The translations under genes and the position numbers were made by a program. A stretch of 63,975 nt of DNA, filler included, from Choristocarpus tenellus KU-1152 (taxonomy: Eukaryota > Protista > Phaeophyceae): the NCBI GenBank assembly GCA_964200185.2. It is 9 parts of 9 records of this genome, joined end to end, with 100 filler letters (N's around TTAATTAATTAA, not from the genome) between each part and the next. Parts side by side here need not be neighbours in the genome. Positions count along the whole stretch, not along the records: positions 1 to 19,732 come from CAXNAD020000447.1; 8 more parts are not named here. One strand, given 5' to 3'. The notes under the pieces were generated by a model that made no database searches, was not told the origin of the DNA, and saw only the letters and a program-made list of their open reading frames with translations. Of the stretch, positions 1 through 13,499 are shown in pieces; the stretch's first letter is position 1, and every line of letters begins with the position of its first letter.

Positions 1-1989
1 TTTCACCTGTACTGATTGAGATGAAGATATCAAGGTACATTTGTACTGCAGGTAGAGCTGCAAAAATAGCATGTGAAACGACTCATTGACTATATTGATT
101 GCAATAGCTCAGGTGAATATGTGCTGCGGATGGATGCCTGTGGAATTACTCTACATTAACCGGTACAGGAAAAGAAATAAGATGTTTCAAAGCGAGTCTT
201 TATGAGATCAGAGTGATTTGAAAATTTTTCTGTGGTGTAAAAGGTGTTTGCTAAATTACCTACACCATGGAAAGGGTTGCACCTCCCTCTGCAATCAGAG
301 CATTTCTACATACTTCTCTTGATTAACCTTTTCCTAGGAATATATAAATCCCACTGATTCATATCACAGTTCGGACTATACAAACAATTGTCCCTCTGAA
401 CGTAGCTGCCCATACATTTGCCGTACCAAGTGTAAATTACTGAATGCACATTAGCTTCGACTTTAAAGTGTAGACACATCTGTGTGGTATCCTTTGTGGC
501 TGGGCAGTCAATGCTGTCAGGCCTGTATCGTACAAAACTGGTATGGGAGAATGACTTCATACTTCGTCAGTTTTCACACTGCAGTTCACCACCACTCTTA
601 ATAAATATGTGTTCTAGTAGGTGGGTTCTAGTAGGTGGTAAGCATTTCTTGTGAATGTGGTGCATGGCTGAACGTTGTGCTTACAAATTTTGCTTCACAG
701 AGACTTTCTGCATCAGTGTTTCTCCTAATGGGAAAGCAGATTAGTGCAGACATGAATGACATCACAGGGTCTCAACTGGTAGAGATTGAAGTATTTGCTT
801 ACCTCTCTCAAATCACAATGCCGCTGTCCAATGTCACAAGAATATCCCTGGGATATACACAAGGGAAAAACAACATTGTATCAATGGCAAAAGAGAGTGA
901 GAACACTATATGGAGTGGTGTGGAGGCAAGGTGGACAGGACCATGTTATACTGGTAAAGCATCGAGCAGTGGTCTTAGTAAATAGAAGTTTCAAACAACA
1001 ATATGTGGTACTACTCATGTAGAAGCACACAAGAGCAATAATCGCAATAAATCATACGAAAACAAGAGCAATACTGTTTGCCAAGCACATGTTTGTCTTT
1101 AGAGAGGACACTATACCAAGAGCTGATAGATACAATATCACATTGACCGGAAGAAGTACAAATGTATTGGTTGAGCACCACCCTTTACACAGATGGAGTC
1201 TGTGTTTGCTGCTGACCAATATATCAGCCACAGTACTTACAAACAGTCATTATGAGGTTGCTTGGGGATCAAAACCTGATCTAAGTCAATATTGGGTGAC
1301 GATTGCACACAAAAGGTACAATACTTGTATGCCACTACCTTGCCGAATTGAAATATTTGATCACAACCTTTAAAAACCCAATACATATCCCCCAAAAGAC
1401 TTGGAGTTGGTCTAGGAGGTAGCAAGAGGTGCAAAAAGAAGAGCCCCGAAAATACACCTAGATTTCACCTGTTTCCAGATGAAGTGGAGAAGTCCCACCA
1501 CCACAGGAACGAGGACTGAAAAGACCATTAGATGCCACAAGAAAGCCTAATCGGAGGGGTGCCGGAGAGGGGGGGGTTGATCATCTGACAGCACATGTGT
1601 CGAAAAAATATAGAAGTGTAGGAAACAATATAAATATATACCAATAACACGTCCAAGAATATGTACTCACACATGGAGTACAAATTAGATAGATGTCTTC
1701 GGACCAAAACAATAAGTATTCCGTACGTAAAATTGTCCTTGACCCTGACCATGACAATGTACGACAAGTCTTAACCCTACAACCATTACTTCCCTCTTTA
1801 CCCCACACCATTCTAATCATATCATTATATCACCAATTCGTGGGAACTATGAAAGCCAATTGTCTCAACACTCTCAGGTAAACTAAATTAGCGATGTAAA
1901 CATTGTGGCGTGCAGGTGTAGTTAGTATCAATAATGGGCTTTGTTGAACAAAGTACTAAAACGATATTCAGGGTGGAGTCCATCTCATG

Positions 1990-4900
1990 GACCTGATCGA
2001 CGTTGCAGCATCATGAGGAACATACTTTGTTGGTGTTGAGATGATGAGAGACATATAGAAAACGTTGCATATGTTGGTTGGCCACTCCATATTGCACTTA
2101 AACAATCCTGGTCTATCCCCTGAACGACCAAGAAACATGTGTGATAGAGAGTCAATCTTTGCATATTGGAACTTCAAACTCCTCCCCTTGATGTTGGACT
2201 TGACACCAAACTACATATATGCATATATATATATGCAGTGTACTTGACCCAACACTCATTGCCTCCCTCTTCACCCCACACCATTGTTATCCTCTCAAGT
2301 ACCCCTTTGACCAGAAACCTTTCACATCAATTTTTCTCAGCGTTCCGAGGTAGTCTCAATCTCAACGTTCACCTCCTGGGTTTCAGGTGTAGTAGAGATT
2401 ATGGCCTCTGTTGAAGAGGGAATCATACTGACGTCCGGAGTTATTTGTGTGTCAAGAACCTGACCAATGTTGTAGCATCATGAGGAACATACGTTTGTTG
2501 TTGTTGAGATGATGAGAGATATAGAAAATGTTGCATATGTTGGTTGGCCACTCCATACTGCAGCGAGTGATTCAATCCTTGTCTATCTCCTGAACGACCA
2601 AGAAACATGTGTGATAGAGAGTCGGTCTTTGCATATTGGAACTCCAAACTCCTCCCCTTGATGTTGGACTTGACACCAAACCACATACATGCATATACAT
2701 GCAATATACTTGACTCAACAATCATTGCATACTTCTTCACCCCACACCATTGTTATCCTCTCAAGTACCCCCTTGACCAGAACCCTTTCACTTCAATTTG
2801 TCTAAGCATTCCGAGGGAGTCTTTATCTCAATGTTCACCTCCTGGGTTTCAGGTGCAGTACCGATTATGGTCTCCGTTAAAGAAGGAATCATACTGACGT
2901 CCGGAGTTATTTGTGTGTCAAGAACCTGATCAATATTGTAGCATCATGAGGAACATACGTTTGTTAGTGTTGAGATGATGAGAGATATATAGAAAACGTT
3001 GCATATGTTGGTTGGCCACTCCATATTGCACTTAAGCAATCCTGGTCTATCCACTGAAAGACCAAGAAAAATGTGTGATAGAGTGTCAATCTTTGCATAT
3101 TGGAACTCCACACACTTCCCCTTGATGTCGAACTTGACACCAAACCACATACATGCATATATATACATGCAGTGTACTTGACCCAACACTCATTGCCTCC
3201 CTCTTCACCTCACACCATTGTTATCCTATCAAGTACCCCTTTGATCAGACAATTTTCACTTCAATTTGTCTCAGCGTTCCGAGGTAGTCTTAATCTCAAT
3301 GTTCACCTCCTGGGTTTCAGGTGTAGTAACCAGTACAACCTCCGTTGGAGATGGAATGGTCCTAATGTCCAGTGTCGATTCGTTCTGAAGGACCTGATCA
3401 ATATTTTGCAGCATCATGAGGCGTGAGGACGATATGTTTGTTGGTGTTGAGATGATGATAGATATTAAAATCGATGCATATGTTGGTTGTTTACTTCATG
3501 TGGCAGTGATTCAATCCTTGTCTATCACCTGAAAGACCATGATGCATTTGTGATAGAGAGTCAATCTTTGCATAGCGGAACTCCTAACACTTCCCCTTGA
3601 TGTTGGACTTGACACCAAACCACATACATGCATATATATATGCAGTGCAATTGACCCAACACTCGTTGCCTCCCTCTTCACCCCACACCATTGTTATCCT
3701 CTCAAGTACCCCTTTGATCAGACAATTTTCACTTCAACTTGTCTCAGCGTTACAAGGTACATTAATTCTCAATGTTTACCTCCTAGGTTTCAGGTGTAGA
3801 AGCCAGTACAACCTCCGTTGGAGATGGAATGGTACTAATGTCCAGTGTCGATTCGTTCTGAAGGACCTGATCAATATTTTGCAGCATCATGAGGCACGAG
3901 GATGATGCGTTTGTTGGTGTTGAGATGATGATAGATATACAAATTAGACATGTGTTGATTGGTCACTCCATATTGCAGTGAGTGATTCAATCCTTGTCTA
4001 TCTCCTGAAACCCCAAGACACATGTGTGATAGAGAGTCAATCTTTGCATATTGGAACTTCAAACTCCTCCCCTTGATGTTGGACTTGACACCAAACCACA
4101 TACATGTATATATATACATGCAGTGTACTTGACCCAACACTCATTGCCTCCCTCTTCATCCCACACCATTGTTATCCTCTCAAGTACCCCTTTGATCAGA
4201 TAATTTTCACTTCATTTTGTCTCAGCTTTCCGAGGTACACTCATTCTCAACGTTCACCTCCTGGGTTTCAGGTGTAGCAGCCAGTACAACCTCCGTTGGA
4301 AATGGAATGGTACTAATGTCCAGTGTCGATTCATTCTGAAGGACCTGATCAATATTTGCAGCATCATAAGACACGAGGACGATACGTTTGTTGGTGTTGA
4401 GATGGTGATAGATATTAAAATCGTTGCATGTGTTGGTTGTTTACTTCATGTGGCAGTGATACAATCCTTGTCTATCCCCTCAAAGACTATGACGCATCTG
4501 TTATAGAGAGTCAATCTTTGCATATTGGAATTCCAAACACTTCCCCCTTAGTTTATATTTTTGTAATAATTTATTCTACAAAGAAATTAAATTTTCAAAA
4601 GAAATTTATTCTTTTTTGATATTTGAATCATTGTTAAAAAAAGTTCATAAATTCCTCATTTAATTATGGCACTAACTTTGGATATTTTGTAATTGTTTGT
4701 TATTTTAAATAATATAATTCATAAATTAATACATACATATGCAATATACTTGACCCAACACTTATTGCCTCCCTCTTCATCCCACACCATTGTTATCCTC
4801 TCAAGTACCCCTTTGATCAGACAATTTTCACTTCAATTTGTCTCAGCTTTCCGAGGTACACTCATTCTCAACGTTCACCTCTTGGGTTTCAGGTGTAGCA

Positions 4901-7040
4901 GCCAGTACAACCTCCGTTGGAGATGATATGGTACTAATGTCCAGTGTCGATTCGTTCTGAAGGACCTGATCAATATTTTGCAGCATCATGAGGCACGAGG
5001 ATGATACGTTTGTTGGTGTTGAGATGATGATAGATATACAAATTATACATGTGTTGGTTGGTCACTCCATATTGCAGTGAGTGATTCAATCCTTGTCTAT
5101 CACCTGAAAGACCATGATGCATTTGTGATAGAGAGTCAATCTTTGCATAGCGGAACTCCTAACACTTCCCCTTGATGTTGGACTTGACACCAAACCACAT
5201 ACATGCATATATATATGCAGTGCAATTGACCCAACACTCGTTGCCTCCCTCTTCACCCCACACCATTGTTATCCTCTCAAGTACCCCTTTGATCAGACAA
5301 TTTTCACTTCAATTGGTCTCAGCGTACCGAGGTACACTCAATCTCAATCTTTACCTCCTGGGTTTCAGGTGTAGCAACTAGTACAACCACCGTTGGAGAT
5401 GGAATGGTACTAATGTCCAGTGTCGATTCGTTCTGAAGGACCTGATCAATATTTGCAGCATCATGAGGCACGAGGATGATGCGTTTGTTGGTGTTGAGAT
5501 GATGATAGATATACAAATTATACATGTGTTGGTTGGTCACTCCATATTGCAGTGAGTGATTCAATCCTTGTCTATCTCCTGAAAACCCAAGACACATGTG
5601 TGATAGAGAGTCAATCTTTGCATATTGGAACTTCAAACTCCTCCCCTTGATGTTGGACTTGACACCAAACCACATACATGTATATATATACATGTAGTGT
5701 ACTTGACCCAACACTCATTGCCTCCCTCTTCACCCCACACCATTGTTATCCTCTCAAGTACCCCTTTGATCAGACAATTTTCACTTCAATTGGTCTCAGC
5801 GATCCGAGGTACACTCATTCTCAATGTTCACCTCCTGGGTTTCAGGTGTAGCAGCCAGTACAACCTCCGTTGGAGATGGAATGGTACTAATGTCCAGTGT
5901 CGATTCGTTCTGAAGGACCTGATCAATATTTGCAGCATTATGAGGCACGAGGATGATGCGTTTGTTGGTGTTGAGATGATGATAGATATACAAATTATAC
6001 ATATGTTGGTTGGTCACTCCATATTGCAGTGAGTGATTCAATCCTTGTCTATCTCCTGAAAACCCAAGACACATGTGTGATAGAGAGTCAATCATTGCAT
6101 ATTGGAACTTCAAACTCCTCCCCTTGATGTTGGACTTGACACCAAACCACATACATGTATATATATACATGTAGTGTACTGGACCCAACACTCATTGCCT
6201 CCCTCTTCACCCCACACCATTGTTATCCTTTCAAGTACCCCTTTGATCAGACAATTTTCACTTCAATTGGTCTCAGCGTTCCGAGGTACACTCATTCTCA
6301 ACGTTCACCTCCTGGGTTTCAGGTGTAGCAGCCAGTACAACCTCCGTTGGACATGGATTGGTACTAATGTCCAGTGTCGATTCGTTCTGAAGGACCTGAT
6401 CAATATTTTGCAGCATCATGAGGCGTGAGGACGATACGTTTGTTGGTGTTGAGATGATGATAGACACACAAATTATACATGTGTTGGTTGGTCACTCCAT
6501 ATTGCAGTGAGTGATTCAATCCTTGTCTATCTCCTGAAAACCCAAGACACATGTGTGATAGAGAGTCAATCTTTGCATATTGGAACTTCAAACTCCTCCC
6601 CTTGATGTTGGACTTGACACCAAACCACATACATGCATATATATACATGTAGTGTACTTGACCCAACACTCATTGCCTCCCTCTTCACCCCACACCATTG
6701 TTATCCTCTCAAGTACACCGTTGATCAGACAATTTTCACTTCAATTTGTCTCAGCATTCCGAGGTAAACTCAATCTCAATGTTTACCTCCTGGGTTTCAG
6801 GTGTAGTAACCAGTACAACCTCCGTTGGAGATGGAATGGTACTGATGTCCAGTGTCGATTCATTCTTAAGGACCTGATGAATATTTTGCAGCATCATGAG
6901 GCACGAGGACGATACGTTTGTTGGTGTTGATATGATGATAGATATTCAAATCGTTGCATATGTTGGTTGTTTACTTCATGTGGCAGTGATTCAATGCTGC
7001 TCTACCCCCTGTAAGTCCAAGACACAGGTGTGATAGAGGT
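1990..7040. repeat. Tandem array, ~466-478-bp unit, about 10.5 copies
   Basis: Marker (c/t)agcatcatgag recurs at ~2006, 2473, 2939, 3409, 3882, 4359, 4981, 5456, 5933, 6411 and 6889. One unit is 622 bp because of an insertion. A degenerate partial unit starts near 1780. Confidence 0.97.
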
Positions 7041-7056
7041 TGAAGCCTTTGTCCAG

Positions 7057-7920
7057 TTTGGTTTCTGTGTACATGGTGGTTTGAGGATGGAGTTGTTCTG
7101 AAGAACGGACACCGTACCTCAAAAAGGTTGTCCTCCTCTGCCCATGTGCAAAATATCACGCACTTGTCAACTCTTGGACCTGTGCCAGCAATTAGTTTCT
7201 GACCTCGTCCAGGTTGCAGTGCCCGGCTGATCAATTTTGCAAAAGGATTTCCAGGTGCAACTTCTGCATCACAGTTTTGCTGGCACTGCAGCCTTTGCTG
7301 TGCAGATCTATTGGGGAGGTAGGTGTGACAGAGGCAAAAGGCAACGTTTTCATGTTGGAGAGTAGCAAATATGTGTATATCCAGAAAATGTGCTAAAGAT
7401 GGTCTACAGGAATGTGGAGATACTGAACAAATTTGTTTAGGGAAACATCTTATAGGGGGGTTAATTTGTCTATGTTGAGTCTTAAGACCTTTTTGAACCT
7501 TGTCCAATACACACCATTTCCATCCTCAAAACACGGTCAATTCCCTTATAAGGGTGTGGCTGTAAGAGAGGAGACTAGCTGTGAACACATGATTAGTCAA
7601 AGAACATTCCACAGTGCCAAAGATAGATGTATCACAAGGCTTTCATAGGAGCCCTTGAAAATTCAATAGCAATCATTGTGTTTCTAGCCCAGATGCTTGT
7701 GAGAACAAGGGAGATTTGAAAATACTACATGTGTGTCCCTCCATATATCTACTGACCATCATGGAGTTAAGTCTTGTCCAGACCTACGCAATGAAATTGT
7801 CCAATTTTGTCCGCCACTTGTCGCTCGTTCTCACGAAAATGGGGACGTGGTCATACTCTTGACTAATGAGGTGGTGTTTTGTAGGCCAGATCAACACACA
7901 CTGTCATGTGCGGCCAAGTA
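7057..7920 (+). pseudogene. Possible decayed CMC/EnSpm-Plavaka-like transposase remnant
   Basis: Stop-riddled frame containing LINFAKGFPGATSASQFCWHC, which resembles the GFxGxxAxxxCxxC motif of CMC-type transposases. No catalytic triad could be traced. Confidence 0.25.
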
Positions 7921-10365
7921 ATGAGGTGAGGTAGAGATGGATACAAGGCTGGTTGTAGAAACAGACTGTAGTAAAGCAAACCAAGGTTTAGCGAGGCGAT
8001 TGCCACACTTTTTTTGAGCAACTGCGCTGCACAATCTTGAAGCCTTAGGCGTCCTTTGTAAGTGAGGGTTTGCATACTGAATAGTCAGGAGATGTGATGA
8101 ACCAATGACAGTTTACCCAGCAATGTGCAAATGGACACACAATACAACACAGATGTAGACTTTGACTCTCTTGAGAAAAGTAATGACTGCGAAGTGGTCT
8201 GCAAGATGTTGGAATTTGTGCCAAGCGCTGCACATTCACCCAGCTGCACCATCACAGGATCGGTTCACAGATGGTTGCCAACGACTGTAAGAACTCCAAA
8301 CAACCTTCCTCTGTGCTAGTGGTCTTACAAGGAAATACATAAGCAGATGTGGTATATTGGTTGCACCAAGAGAGTCAAGCAGTCAGGAGAGAGATGGGGT
8401 AAATTGATATTTCTTATTGATTGGAGGGTCCAGGCAAGAGAAACGCATCCAGTATCAACGCACCACAGCAGATAATCTCCTATCCAGTCTAGACTACAAT
8501 ATATATATGAATCATTTTTTCATTTTTTCATTTACCAAATTTGAAGAAATGACTGTGAATGAAAAATTGGAGTCGGCTTACGATTTACAAATCTCAAATT
8601 TCTCAAATTGTTCAAAATATCTGCTTTATTTACAATTATTGTATCTATTAAATTTCTCTTTTGTTTTGATGATTCTTTTGATAGAAGCACATGTACCATG
8701 GCATTGCTCTATGCTGTAGTATTCCGTACAAACTACTGTGCTTGTATTCTTTGAACTATGTGGTTTATATGTATGACCTTTCATTCTCCGAGAATTTCTG
8801 TCTTCGATGACCAACTTCAATTTGAAGGGCAATCCTCAAAACATTTACCTGTCGTGGTCTGATTTATCTATGTATCTAGATCGTAGAGGTGTTGGCTGCT
8901 CTTGGGGCGTCGCTGTCATGGCGGGAGACCAGCGCTTTCGGAAGAGATGCTTCTTGATCCTCCTTTGCCCGTTGAATATTGCAGCGCGGAAGCCCTGTGC
9001 GGTACGGATCCACACAAGAATTTGGAAGGAAGAACCAATTCGGGAATATTGAGGGAGACATATAGCTCTACATCTATAGATGTTTTACTGAGTTGGATAT
9101 TGTAAAGGGCTCTTGTCCATATTAAACACGACGATTCGGGGGAAATGGCACAGTATTTGGCTGCCGGTTCATGTGAGCGAGGAAAGGAGAGGGAGTATCA
9201 ACAAACTCGAGGAATCAACTATGGAGATCTATCTGCACGTGTTCTCTTACGCATTTTAGATCGCGTTCACAGTGACGTACACATGAAAGACAAGGCGGAC
9301 CCATCTGGCACGTCAATCGTGACATCAACGGCTCATATAATGGTACCGAGTCCGCCCTCTCGGTGCTACATGAGTCACCGGATCACCAGGGATCACATTA
9401 CTTCCCAGCTTACCCCCTGTACCGTGGCAGCCATGGGGAAGAGAAGGATCCATATCAGTAGTACCTCCAATGACTTCATCGAGTCACGCGGGCTCTCCTG
9501 CGTTCGTGGAGCTCGATTTCGGAATGCCTGGTGTTGGAAATCCGTGCGAGGAGGAGGGTATCGTTTCTGATCAATTCAATTTACTCCGATTTTACCACGA
9601 AACCAGCTACTCTTGACGCATTACACAGGTACGTCACAGGTCCCCACAGCCTCACGCCTGAAAATCATAACGAAGGACACGTATCAAAGCATTTTTTTCT
9701 ATGCCAGTTTCCACCCTATCGTAGGTTCACCACTTCTGAGGGTAAGAAAACTGACTTCGTATGCCCTACCGAGCACAATAGGATATCCCCACCCTCCCAG
9801 GGGATGGCGTTTTACGTGTTTGATGCTTACTCGTGCTTCGGAGTTCGAAGACGACGGAGAACGCTCTGTAGGAGAGACAATATTAGTGTAGGGCGCCTCT
9901 TGCCCCTCTGAAGGACCTGCCAGAGGACCTTGCAGCCCTCCGACAAAACGACAAGGTTGATGTTGTTTTTCTTGTCTTCATTCCTTGACCAGAAGACGTA
10001 ACTGTTGTAAACGTTACTTTTGCAATGCCCTTCGAGGCGTGTGTGTGAGGGTCAGATTACTATCCATTGTTTGTTGTAGTAGTTTTATGGTAAGCACTCC
10101 ATGCGTTGTTCAATTTCTCATCCTCTTCTCCTGGTGCCAGTGGATCGTTGGAGTTCGTTCAGTAGTATAGGCTACCGCATTTCTCTATGGCGGCGTTGGC
10201 AGATCGCTGATTCACTTCTCCGTATTGTGTGATGAAATACTACATGCAGGCAGTGTTAAGGACCGAGAAGAGGTGTTGCTGCTTCAGCACCGCCGCATGT
10301 GGTTGATCAGGCAGTTGTCCACATCGGGTGACACCTTGGCATAAAAAAGGATGTCAGTAGTCAGT

Positions 10366-10822
10366 TGGGGAGAAAGGACCTGGGTGGGAAGTATGAAAAT
10401 CCTCAAGTTTGTTGGATGGGTCGTGCCTAATGGTCAGAATGCGACGCTTCATTCTTCACATGCGACATCGCCGAAGTAGTGTGCGCGGTTACCCTCTGAA
10501 ACACATAATACACTCACATACTCACACGCTTCAGAGAGAGAAAGCGTAGATTCAATCGATGTGAAATCTTGCTCCTATGCTGGCAAGACGTTCCTTCTTT
10601 TCAAGTAGTCCTTCCGAATGCATCCTCAGGAAAGCACTAACAACACCTAAGCACCACCCCTTACCGACGCAGTGCAATTTATGGAAATGTTTTAGAAAAA
10701 ATCTACTCGATGCTACAGCGAAAGTCCTATTACTACAATAGATGGTACGATTCTGACTTCGTTGGGTGTAGATTGTACTCCATCAGATATCTTTCCCAGC
10801 TGCCTAACTTGAGCATCTAGCA
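10366..10822 (+). repeat. Dispersed ~450-bp repeat, copy 1
   Basis: Collinear with 16371-16800 (shared gggaagtatg, caagtttgttggatggg, cttcattcttc, ggtacgattctgactt). Diverged direct repeat about 6 kb away on the same contig. Confidence 0.8.
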
Positions 10823-12829
10823 TATGAATACTATTAGTAGGGGTATAAATTTTCGTGTGTACCGTATTGAAAAATGAAAATGAGACTAAAAAAGGGTACC
10901 CCATGGAAAGTCAAGATCGTGGAGAGAGGATGAATATATTTGCTGTTCATGGAATGATGCAGTGAACTGAAGCATGAGTAGATGATGATGTGGTTAATCA
11001 GCTGAGTTGCTCTAAGAAGAGACTTATTTTCTTGTGAAAGAAAAGGGGTTGACCCAGTGCAATGAATTACCAATCAATGCTGATGTGGTGAATCAGAAGA
11101 GATGCTCTGAGAAAGGCATATTTGACTCATTGTAATGAAGCACAAATCAATGCTGATGTAGTGAATCAGATGAGGTGCTCTGAGCAGAGGCTTGTTTCCT
11201 TGTGGCAAGGTTCAGCATGTTTAACTCTGAATATTTATCCTCCTCATGACATGTTATGATGCCCACGAAAATCAGATTGAACTCAAGGAGAATAGCAACG
11301 AGTCTACTTCATCCTCTCTATACTTTTCATGGCAAGGCATATCCAAGTCTAACACATGTAGATCAACTGCTATGGGCATAGTGTGTCTGTCACACACATA
11401 CACCTTTTTATTTGTCAAACAAGAACAAGAAAGTGCCGATGGGAACAAATGCATGAGTGCATACTCTACATGTCTCTAGATAACAGAAGTTAGAGTGTCG
11501 GCATAGTCGTGCTGTAAGTAGACGGTATCATGGTGTGAGACAGTCTCAATCAGGTGAGTATGCGGAACTGTACCCATTGGTAACTAGAGTAGACTGCATT
11601 TCAACATTCAACTAGGACCAATATGTTGCAACCTTTTCTGAAGAAAACAAGGCACTGTCTGCAATCGTCAGGCACCTGAAAGAGGTGGGCAATTTCAAAG
11701 GCCTCTTTAGTGTAGGGGGTTGTTGAACAAGATGAAGGGAGAGATTACAATACCTGGTCTCCCTTGACCAAGAACGTATGATCTTTTCAACCTCGTCCGA
11801 TACGGTTGTATGAAAATTTCTTAATTGTAAACGACGGAACTACCTTCATTATTGAATTTTGTACCCCTAGGAACATAGTGTATATGGTGATTCCAAACAG
11901 GCTGGTTCGAGTGTTCCTTTTTCTCGGGAATCAAGAAGGAAATGTTTGGGGTGAGTTTTGCTCTTTGCATGTATGTGGAAGTTGAAAACGAGATCTTTGA
12001 CGATGTGGAAATAGAACAAATACGCACCCTACATATAAACAATTGAGCAAAGAAAACTATAGATACAACTCTTCATCCTCTATTACTTCAATCGTGTGAT
12101 AGGGTCAAGTTGTGGAGTGTATGTCTTTTTTCATATTTGCACATTTGATGAATTTATTATTTTGTCCAGAGAGAAAAAATATATTGTTGTTCGCCAAACC
12201 ATTTCACTCACCTAACAACCAACCAAGGAGCCTCACAAATATGGAGCATTTGTTTTTGCCGTTCGTGGAGAGGATCTTAACTAGCACACCAAAGACCTAG
12301 GATGGCCACCTGTCAGCCACTAGGGGACCTGGCTAACATGGGAAATGAACTCATTGACTCTGGAGGGGTAGGCCCTGCGGCATCCCAATTGTAAGCCCAG
12401 GCCTCCATTGCGGTTAGACATACTTCAATGTAGCCTAAACTTTCTATATTTACGGCAACGAGGCATTAGCGCTTGAAGAATTAATGATTTTTTTTAATAT
12501 GATGCCATATGCTTCTCAATTCCAACTTTTACATCGGAACCATAGACACGTTGTGTTCACCAGTTACACCGTAGCTCAGAACTGATGTCGCACACGTCCT
12601 CCCTTCAACAGCACGACAAAACCTCTTGATGAAGAACGTTACATCCGATACATCAATCCCAATATATATATATATATATATATATATCAGTGATTGACGA
12701 TATTCCTACCGATATATATACACAAACCTAACTCCGTACCTCAACCTCAACACCATCCATGACCCTTACAATGCGAATGCCATGCCAACACGTGTTTCAC
12801 TCTTCCTTCATCAACTTGCCTAGCGCAAC

Positions 12830-12869
12830 CTTTTGGTGTACTTTGTCGTATGGCAAAGTACACCAAAAG
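12830..12869. repeat. Perfect 16-bp inverted repeat (hairpin)
   Basis: cttttggtgtactttg-tcgtatgg-caaagtacaccaaaag. Confidence 0.9.
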
Positions 12870-13499
12870 TGGATGGTGCATAGACTAATATATTTGAAGG
12901 ATCACTCCACCAATCCATCGTCCTCCATTGTCCAATAAATCAACCATAAGCTTCCCATTTGTCGTAGGAAAAGAGACACCAACTATGATCCGTGCATCCG
13001 GGGATATATGTAGAGGTACACTCCACTAAACGTTCGTTGTTCCTTGTCCCAAAAACCAACCCTAGACCATAAATTTGCCTTATGACAAAAGACACTAATT
13101 GTCGTCAGTGCATACGCGAATATTTTAGGAGGTACAACCCACCAAATGTTCATCATTTGTCATCTAAAAAAACAACAACCACAGCCTATAATCTGCCGTA
13201 GGGAAAACTTCCTCAATTCGCATCATCCTACATGCTTTACGAAATGTTTCTATAATATTTTTGATGTGGCACCACGCACAGTGTGAGAATCATCCATACG
13301 CACTTCTCAATCGACCGCAGACTGTCCGTTCACACTACAACCATCGCCTTCTATTTTGTATAAGTTTACCGACCGTCCAACTCAAGCAAAACTCAAAGTT
13401 AATGTTTTTTTCCCATATCAACGTCTGCCATATTCCAACCACTTATTACACGAATAGCTAGCACATACCATCCCAAAATATTTTGCATCGCATCGAATC

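Noticed and set aside
1-1400. Coding-like decayed region upstream of array 1
   Set aside because: Short broken frames with no motif I could recognise.
1990-7040. CRISPR-like array, or real proteins in the repeated ORFs (MELQTPPLDVG..., MLGQVH...)
   Set aside because: Whole units are repeated with no unique spacers and there are no cas genes. The ORFs vary in length, occur on both strands and are broken between units.
8780-9570. Possible Tc1-like transposase tail on the minus strand (GLPFKLKLVIEDR)
   Set aside because: Only a vague resemblance; no DDE motifs traced.
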